A stretch of 64,000 nt of DNA. It comes from Elusimicrobiota bacterium (GTDB taxonomy: Bacteria > Elusimicrobiota > Endomicrobiia > Endomicrobiales > JBDRNC01). Numbering within the stretch: the stretch's first letter is position 1; each line of letters starts with the position of its first letter. A program made the translations under genes and the position numbers. Of the stretch, positions 58,060-64,000 are shown in pieces. Location: assembly GCA_043811535.1 (NCBI GenBank), contig JBDRNC010000035.1, positions 32,001-96,000 of the forward strand. Reading direction: 5' to 3'. The notes under the pieces are model-generated. The model saw only the letters and a list, made by a program, of their open reading frames with translations, had not been told where the DNA came from and ran no database searches.

Positions 58060-58155
58060 CGATTACACTGATTTTAAACGGAGATTACACGGATAATTAA
58101 TTGTTGTAATCTTTGCCGTAATCTGTGTAATCTTTGTAAAATATCTGCGCAATCG
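58060..58155. repeat. GATTACAC-type inverted repeat element
   Basis: CGATTACACTGATT..GATTACACGGAT ... AATCTGTGTAATC..ATCTGCGCAATCG. Confidence 0.75.
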
Positions 58156-58163
58156 TATTTATT

Positions 58164-59297
58164 ATGAAAAGAGATTACTACGAAATTCTGGGCGTTGTCA
58201 AAACCGCTTCTGAAGATGAGGTGAAAGCGGCTTACAGGCGCCTTGCGCTTAAATATCACCCGGACAAAAATCCGGGGGATAAGGCCGCGGAAGATAAATT
58301 CAAGGAGATCAATGAGGCCTACGAGATCCTTTCTTCGGATAAGAGGGCGCAGTATGACAGGTTTGGCCACGCCGGCGTCGGAACGGCGCCTCCGACTCCC
58401 GGAGGCGGCGGCGTGGGAGGATTCAGCGATTTTTCCGATTTCGGTTCCGTCAGCGATATGTTCGGCGACATGTTCGGTGATATTTTTCACGGAGCAGGGA
58501 CCGGAGGGCGCAAGGGACAGCGTCAGCGCCGCGGCGAGGACCTTCAATATTCTCTGGAGTTGCCGCTGGCGGATGCTGCGAGGGGGGCCGAAGCGACCAT
58601 AGAAGTACCGCATTTCGAGCTATGTTCTCAGTGCGGCGGTTCCGGAGCCAGAACCGGTTCGTCTCCGAAACAATGTCCTCAATGCAAGGGAACGGGGCAG
58701 GTGCGCTACAGCCAGGGTTTCTTCTCGTTCAGCCAGACCTGTCCGAAATGTCTGGGCGAAGGACAGATAATAGATAACCCGTGCGCACAGTGCAAAGGGA
58801 CCGGAAGGCAGAAAATCAACAAAAAAATAACCGTAAGAGTTCCTCCTGGAGTGGATGAAGGCACGTCGCTGCGCGTCACAGGTGCAGGAGACATGCCCCC
58901 GCACGGCGGCCAGCCCGGCGATCTTTATGTTTTGCTGCACCTGAAAAAAGACCCGCGCTTCAAACGCCAGGGCGACGATCTCACGACAGAACTGAAGCTT
59001 TCTTTCCCGCAGGTGGTTTTAGGCGGGGACTTCGACGTCCCCACAATTGATGGAAAGGTGAAATTGAAGATACAGCCCGGAACGCAGCCTGGAACTATAT
59101 TACGCGTTCAGGAAGAAGGCATGCCGCGTCTCGGTAGAAAAGGAAAAGGTGATCTGCTCGTTAAAATAAATATTATTGTGCCCAAAAACCTTAACGAAAG
59201 ACAAAAACTCGCTCTCAGACAGTTCATGCAGGCCTCCGGAAGCAGTGAATCCGGCGGCGCAAACCAGTCGGGCGTTTTCAAAAAAGTATTCGGCTGA
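58164..59297 (+). CDS. dnaJ: Chaperone DnaJ
   Basis: J domain with HPD, G/F region, four CxxCxGxG repeats. Confidence 0.98.
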   Translation: MKRDYYEILGVVKTASEDEVKAAYRRLALKYHPDKNPGDKAAEDKFKEINEAYEILSSDKRAQYDRFGHAGVGTAPPTPGGGGVGGFSDFSDFGSVSDMFGDMFGDIFHGAGTGGRKGQRQRRGEDLQYSLELPLADAARGAEATIEVPHFELCSQCGGSGARTGSSPKQCPQCKGTGQVRYSQGFFSFSQTCPKCLGEGQIIDNPCAQCKGTGRQKINKKITVRVPPGVDEGTSLRVTGAGDMPPHGGQPGDLYVLLHLKKDPRFKRQGDDLTTELKLSFPQVVLGGDFDVPTIDGKVKLKIQPGTQPGTILRVQEEGMPRLGRKGKGDLLVKINIIVPKNLNERQKLALRQFMQASGSSESGGANQSGVFKKVFG

Positions 59298-59309
59298 TAT
59301 CCCGCCCCT

Positions 59310-60050
59310 ATGCCTCATTTTTTCGTCCCATCAAAAAACATCAAAAACGGAAGATTCGTCCTTAAAGGCGAAGAGGCCCTTCATATTTTGCGCGTCATGC
59401 GGCTTAAGCCGGGGGGCAACATGCAGCTTTTTGACGGCGAGGGGAAAATCTACTCCGCGGAAATTGAATCGGCCGCTAAAGACGGCTTGTCCGGAAGAAT
59501 ATTGAGCGAAAACCAATCATGTCAGGTAAAAACAAAGATAAACCTTTTTCAGGCGGTCCCAAAAGGCGAACGAATGGACTGGCTGGTAGAAAAAGTCGCG
59601 GAACTGGGCATTGGTAAAATCACGCCTATTATCACAGAAAGAAGCGTTATCAGGGAAATAGCCGCGCAGAAAATTGAAAGATGGAAACGGCTTTCTCAGG
59701 CGGCCAGCAAACAGTGCGGGCGTGCCGACCTGATGATCATCGAAAAACCGCTGATATTCGCCGAGGCCATCGAAGGTATTCCAAAAGATGCGGCCAGCAT
59801 CATACCGTGGGAGGCTGAAGGAGCAAGAGCGGTCAATGATATCGCCGTGCAGCTTCGCGGGAGTAACAGCATCAATATTTTCATCGGCCCGGAAGGGGGG
59901 TTCACATTCGGCGAAATTGAATCGGCGAAGAACGCAGGTATACTGCCCGTTACGCTCGGTTCAAGGATATTACGTGTTGAAACAGCCGGAATAGTTTCAG
60001 CGGTGCTCGTATTGAACGTCTCCGGAGAATTCGACAGGGAAATAAAATGA
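59310..60050 (+). CDS. rsmE: 16S rRNA m3U1498 methyltransferase
   Basis: HILRVMRL, EKVAELG, ASKQCGR, IGPEGGF, LGSRILRVETA. Confidence 0.95.
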   Translation: MPHFFVPSKNIKNGRFVLKGEEALHILRVMRLKPGGNMQLFDGEGKIYSAEIESAAKDGLSGRILSENQSCQVKTKINLFQAVPKGERMDWLVEKVAELGIGKITPIITERSVIREIAAQKIERWKRLSQAASKQCGRADLMIIEKPLIFAEAIEGIPKDAASIIPWEAEGARAVNDIAVQLRGSNSINIFIGPEGGFTFGEIESAKNAGILPVTLGSRILRVETAGIVSAVLVLNVSGEFDREIK

Positions 60051-61261
60051 AAACCGCGTTCCTTAAGACATTCGGGTGCAAAGTCAACCAGTACGAAAGC
60101 CAACTGATACAGGAAAGGTTCAAATCGTCCGGATATTCTCTCGCGGATTCATATGAAAACGCGGATATCGCATTAATAAACTCCTGCACGGTAACGGCGG
60201 AAGCCGACAGGGAATGCAGACAGCTGATAAGAAGGATACAGAAGAGGAACCCGCAGGCGAAGATAATCCTTACGGGATGTTATTTGAATAGGGCGCCCGA
60301 AGAACTCCGTAAAATATTTTCCACTGTAACTTTTAAAAAAAATAAGGAAAAGATCTTCAATGGGGAAAAACCGCGGCCGGGCGCAATAACGTCATTTGAC
60401 AAACACACGCGGGCGTTCGTAAAGATACAAGATGGGTGCGACGCGTTTTGTTCCTACTGCATAGTCCCCTATGTCCGTCCTAAACTTACAAGCCGCGATG
60501 AGAACGAGATACTTCACGAAATATCCGAACTAGTAGGCAATGGCTATCCTGAGATCGTACTGTCGGGCATCAGGCTCGGAAAATACGCCGGAGCGGGCGG
60601 CCTTCCGGGACTGCTGTCAAAAGCCGTCAAACTGCCTGGAATTTTCAGGATAAGGCTTTCATCGCTTGAGCCCGGAGAAGTAACTCCGGAACTGATAGAT
60701 CTCATGAGCCTAAACAGGAACAGAATATGCTGGCACCTGCATGTCCCTCTACAGTCGGGTTCAGATAATGTGCTCAAACTCATGAACAGACCGTACAGGA
60801 CATCCGCATATATTAAGGTAATCGCTAACATCATGGCGAAACTGCCGGAAGCCGGCGTTACTACGGATGTAATAGTCGGGTTCCCGGGAGAAACCGAAAA
60901 AGATTTTGATAATACATATGATTTTATTAATAAATGCGGCTTCAGCAGACTGCATGTTTTCAAGTTTTCCGAAAGGGAAGGAACGGCTGCCGCGAATATG
61001 CCGGGTGCCGTTGATGCAGATACCGCTAAAAACCGCTCAAAACGTCTCAGGGAACTCGACACCTCTTTGCAGCGCTCTTTCTGGAAGAAATTCGTCGCAA
61101 AAATCCTGAACGTTGTCCGCGAAAGTGAAAGCGGTTTCTTGATATCGGACAACTATATAAGGATAGCCGCCTCACCCGAGGCAATAAGCGGAGCTTGCCC
61201 GATTTTCAACGCTAAAATATCGGAAAAAAACGGCCTACCTTTCGGTATCCCGTATAAATAA
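60047..61261 (+). CDS. mtaB: tRNA t6A37 methylthiotransferase
   Basis: TFGCKVNQYES, NSCTVT, KIQDGCDAFCSYC, VGFPGET, HVF.FS.REGT; follows rsmE. Confidence 0.92.
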   Translation: MKTAFLKTFGCKVNQYESQLIQERFKSSGYSLADSYENADIALINSCTVTAEADRECRQLIRRIQKRNPQAKIILTGCYLNRAPEELRKIFSTVTFKKNKEKIFNGEKPRPGAITSFDKHTRAFVKIQDGCDAFCSYCIVPYVRPKLTSRDENEILHEISELVGNGYPEIVLSGIRLGKYAGAGGLPGLLSKAVKLPGIFRIRLSSLEPGEVTPELIDLMSLNRNRICWHLHVPLQSGSDNVLKLMNRPYRTSAYIKVIANIMAKLPEAGVTTDVIVGFPGETEKDFDNTYDFINKCGFSRLHVFKFSEREGTAAANMPGAVDADTAKNRSKRLRELDTSLQRSFWKKFVAKILNVVRESESGFLISDNYIRIAASPEAISGACPIFNAKISEKNGLPFGIPYK

Positions 61262-61276
61262 AAAATCGCAGAAACC

Positions 61277-61305
61277 TTGCAAAATTAACTGCTTTCTGTT
61301 ATAAT
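61277..61305 (+). promoter_or_regulatory. sigma70 promoter upstream of hit-rpsU
   Basis: TTGCAA-17 bp-TATAAT with extended -10 TG. Confidence 0.65.
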
Positions 61306-61440
61306 TACTAAACATACGGCATGGGGGCATGACCTTTTTACGAAATGTATTAGGGTAAGTTTTATTTTTACCTACAAAGGGCCTTTTATTATTCTGTCAG
61401 GATTTTCCCGGCTTTTTTGTATTTACTACGGCTTTGTAAA

Positions 61441-61782
61441 ATGGATTGTATTTTCTGTAAGATTGCCTCTAAGATAATTCCTTCAGCAGTCGTGTTTGAG
61501 GACGACTCATTACTGGCGTTCAGAGACATAAATCCTGTGGCGCCGGTGCATATTCTGATAATACCCAAGAAGCATATAGCAGGGATAGAGACGATTACTG
61601 AAAATGACAATGCGCTACTCGGCCGTATACTTAACACCGCAAGGGATCTGGCAGTAAAAGAGAATATTGATAAAGGCGGTTACAGAGTTGTCATTAACAG
61701 CGGGCCCGATTCTGGGCAGCTGGTCGCTCATCTGCACTTCCACTTAGTCGGCGGTAGGAAAGGCGTAAAAGAAATTTTTTAA
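61441..61782 (+). CDS. Histidine triad (HinT-like) nucleotide-binding protein
   Basis: [28 protein letters not shown]. Confidence 0.93.
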   Translation: MDCIFCKIASKIIPSAVVFEDDSLLAFRDINPVAPVHILIIPKKHIAGIETITENDNALLGRILNTARDLAVKENIDKGGYRVVINSGPDSGQLVAHLHFHLVGGRKGVKEIF

Positions 61783-61817
61783 ATTCAGCATATAAGAAAG
61801 GTGGTGTTCGTTATATC

Positions 61818-62024
61818 ATGGTTAACATAAGGGTTCGCGATGGCGAATCCATCGAAGACGCAATACGCCGTTTCAAGCGCGAGTGCGAGCGCAACGGAAT
61901 CATGCAGGAAATCAAGAAACGGGAATTCTACCGCGCTCCAAGCGTTGTGCGCAAAGAAAAACTTGCGGAAGCAAAACGTAAAATGCGCCGGAGAATGATG
62001 AAAGAAAATCGATGGGCACGCTGA
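61818..62024 (+). CDS. rpsU: 30S ribosomal protein S21
   Basis: [26 protein letters not shown]. Confidence 0.95.
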   Translation: MVNIRVRDGESIEDAIRRFKRECERNGIMQEIKKREFYRAPSVVRKEKLAEAKRKMRRRMMKENRWAR

Positions 62025-62067
62025 CTTCAAGACACTACGAAATAAATTCGGAATGCAGTGCGGACAC

Positions 62068-62110
62068 AACCGCGGAAAAAGTTGATAACTCCGGAGGTTT
62101 TTTTATTTAT
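62068..62110 (+). terminator. Possible intrinsic terminator after rpsU
   Basis: Imperfect AACCGCGGA...TCCGGAGGTT stem followed by a long T tract. Confidence 0.4.
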
Positions 62111-62115
62111 TTCCT

Positions 62116-63081
62116 ATGAAACTAAAACAATTGTACGAATTCTTCATTCAGCAGGGCATCAAGAGAGATCCTAGAGGCGCACAAGCGGTCAAAAAACTGT
62201 TGAAAGAACGAAAAGAAAGATACGAAAAACTCCCGCCGGAAGAGAAAGAGGGATATGACGTTGAAATGCTCTCGAATCCCTACGCCGACTCGCGCATTCT
62301 TAACGGCACCGGCGAAGAGGAAGTGAAATCCGTGCTTCTGGGCATTGACATGGAGACGCCGGAGATACTGCTCGCAAACACGCTGAAGGCAGGCGGAAAG
62401 AACATAGATCTCGTATTAACGCACCATCCGGAAGGCAAGGCGTACGCCACTTTTTATAATGTCATGAGCATGCAGGCCGATATTTTCAATAAATTCGGCG
62501 TTCCAATAAACATTGCCGAAGCTATGACAGAAGCTCGGTTGAAAGAAGTGGGGAGAAAGGTAATGCCCCAAAATCATTCGCGTGCGGTTGACGCGGCGAA
62601 GCTTCTTGGACTGCCGTACATGTCCGCGCACACGGTAGCTGATAATCATGTAACGACTTTTCTGCAGGAACTGTTTGACAACGAGAAACCGGACCGTTTG
62701 AACGACGTTATGAAGATACTGAAGGCGATACCCGAATATAAGACGGCGACTGAAGAAACAACCGGGCCGACGATACTCACGGGCGGCAAGGACAGCAGGG
62801 CGGGTAAGATATTTGTGGACATGACTGGCGGAACGGAACCCGCTAAGGAACTCCTGGAGAAACTTGCAGACGCAGGTATCGGGACAATGATATGCATGCA
62901 CATGAGCGATGAACACTATAAACTTGCAGAAAAACATAACATCCGCGTTGTAATAGCCGGGCATATTTCCTCGGACAATCTAGGCCTTAACCTTCTGCTG
63001 GATGAAGCGGAGAAGGAATTCGGGCCGATCCAGATTTTGGAATGTTCCGGCTTCCGCCGCTTCCGCAGGTCTAAAAAGTAA
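62116..63081 (+). CDS. NIF3 (NGG1p-interacting factor 3)-like metal-binding protein
   Basis: NPYADSRIL, LTHHPEG, SAHTVADN, DMTGGTE, AGHISSDNLG. Confidence 0.8.
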   Translation: MKLKQLYEFFIQQGIKRDPRGAQAVKKLLKERKERYEKLPPEEKEGYDVEMLSNPYADSRILNGTGEEEVKSVLLGIDMETPEILLANTLKAGGKNIDLVLTHHPEGKAYATFYNVMSMQADIFNKFGVPINIAEAMTEARLKEVGRKVMPQNHSRAVDAAKLLGLPYMSAHTVADNHVTTFLQELFDNEKPDRLNDVMKILKAIPEYKTATEETTGPTILTGGKDSRAGKIFVDMTGGTEPAKELLEKLADAGIGTMICMHMSDEHYKLAEKHNIRVVIAGHISSDNLGLNLLLDEAEKEFGPIQILECSGFRRFRRSKK

Positions 63082-63084
63082 CCT

Positions 63085-64000
63085 ATGACATTTACCCAGG
63101 AAACAATCGAACAGATCCGGCTGGCCACCGATATCGTCGAGCTGGTCAGGGAATACGTGCCGTCTTTAAAAAAAGCCGGCAGGAACTGGAAGGCCAACTG
63201 CCCGTTCCACAAGGAAAAAACCCCCTCTTTCATGGTCAGTGCCGATAAAGGCATCTTCCACTGCTTCGGATGCAACGCGGGCGGGGACGCTTTCAAGTTC
63301 GTCATGCTTACGGATAACCTGACCTGGCCTGAAGCCGTATCAAAACTCGGCAAAAGGTGCGGCATCGAAATAAAAGAGACCCGCGAGGATGTCGTCAAAA
63401 AGTCTGATAAACAGAAGATATATGACCTGTTGGAACAAGCCGCGGACTATTACAACAGGTGCCTGACCGATTTACCTGAAAGCTCAAACGTAAAAAAATA
63501 TATCAGAGAACGCGGTATAACCGAAAAGACAGTTGAAAAATTCAAGATAGGTTACGCTCAGCCGAAACGGCTCCAGGCGGCCGCGGCAAAGAAGGGTTTT
63601 TCTCCGGAACAGTTGCTTGCCGCCGGGCTGATCACAAAAACCGACAGGGGAACTTATTTCGAATATATGTCGGACAGACTAGTATTCCCGGTATTTGATA
63701 CTCAGGGCCGCGTAGTCGCGTTCGGAGGCAGGACGCTGAAAAACGATGAGCCCAAATACCTGAACACACCCGAAACACTGGTTTATTCCAAATCGTTCCA
63801 TCTTTACGGCTTATTCCAGGCACTCCCCGAGATCAGGGAAACCAAAGAGATAATAGTGCTGGAAGGATATATGGATGTTGTGGTGACGCATCAGGAAGGC
63901 TCGTTGAATACCGTCGCCACTCTCGGCACAGCTTTCACGCAACAGCATGCAGGCATAATAAACCGCTACGCGGATAAAGTATTTTTGATGTTCGATTCGG
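63085..64000 (+). CDS. dnaG: DNA primase, 3'-truncated by window edge
   Basis: Not in the ORF track (no stop in window); translates MTFTQETIEQIR...CPFHKEKTPSF...FHCFGC (CHC2 zinc finger), FGGR, PKYLNTPET, LEGYMDV, ATLGTA (TOPRIM). Confidence 0.96.
   Translation, partial: MTFTQETIEQIRLATDIVELVREYVPSLKKAGRNWKANCPFHKEKTPSFMVSADKGIFHCFGCNAGGDAFKFVMLTDNLTWPEAVSKLGKRCGIEIKETREDVVKKSDKQKIYDLLEQAADYYNRCLTDLPESSNVKKYIRERGITEKTVEKFKIGYAQPKRLQAAAAKKGFSPEQLLAAGLITKTDRGTYFEYMSDRLVFPVFDTQGRVVAFGGRTLKNDEPKYLNTPETLVYSKSFHLYGLFQALPEIRETKEIIVLEGYMDVVVTHQEGSLNTVATLGTAFTQQHAGIINRYADKVFLMFDS

Noticed and set aside
61310..61440. Structured leader or riboswitch before the HIT gene
   Set aside because: Only a weak TAGGGTAA/TTACCTA stem; no recognisable aptamer

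Overview
Core-genome stretch of an LPS-producing bacterium; the DnaK type and gene order suggest Elusimicrobiota (inference). All 63 credible CDSs lie on the + strand. (1) 1-16.2 kb: LPS/Kdo/heptose synthesis and export (O-antigen-ligase-like, GTs, lpxK, gmhB, hldA, kdsB, pyrG, kdsA, kdsC, lpxL, lptCAB). It also contains a deoxyhypusine-synthase-fold protein and a LysM-DUF3108 protein. (2) 16.4-27.2 kb: hpf, ptsN, hprK, rapZ, yvcK and a complete mannose-family PTS that is split by a GH57 glucanotransferase; rpoN is absent from its usual slot. (3) lepA, lepB, nfeD, SPFH, hemW. (4) 32.8-54.2 kb: a 16-gene, ~21.5 kb block between hemW and hrcA. It encodes six cobalamin-binding radical SAM enzymes, one SPASM/twitch radical SAM enzyme, two Trm112-fused methyltransferases (one apparently starting at CTG), four soluble-domain glycosyltransferases, a nucleotidyltransferase and two large GT-C-like membrane proteins. 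This is the best candidate for an undescribed pathway, probably a heavily modified envelope glycoconjugate. (5) CIRCE, hrcA, grpE, dnaK, dnaJ, rsmE, mtaB, hit, rpsU, NIF3-like and partial dnaG. Intergenic spaces hold several families of non-coding elements: a ~62-bp modular hairpin repeat that ends in the RBS of the next gene, a ~143-bp structured element in two inverted copies with a compensatory base change, and short-period (7/8/9-bp) arrays with inverted arms. No rRNA, tRNA, CRISPR, transposase or integrase was seen. All calls come from motif and synteny recognition by eye; no database searches were run.
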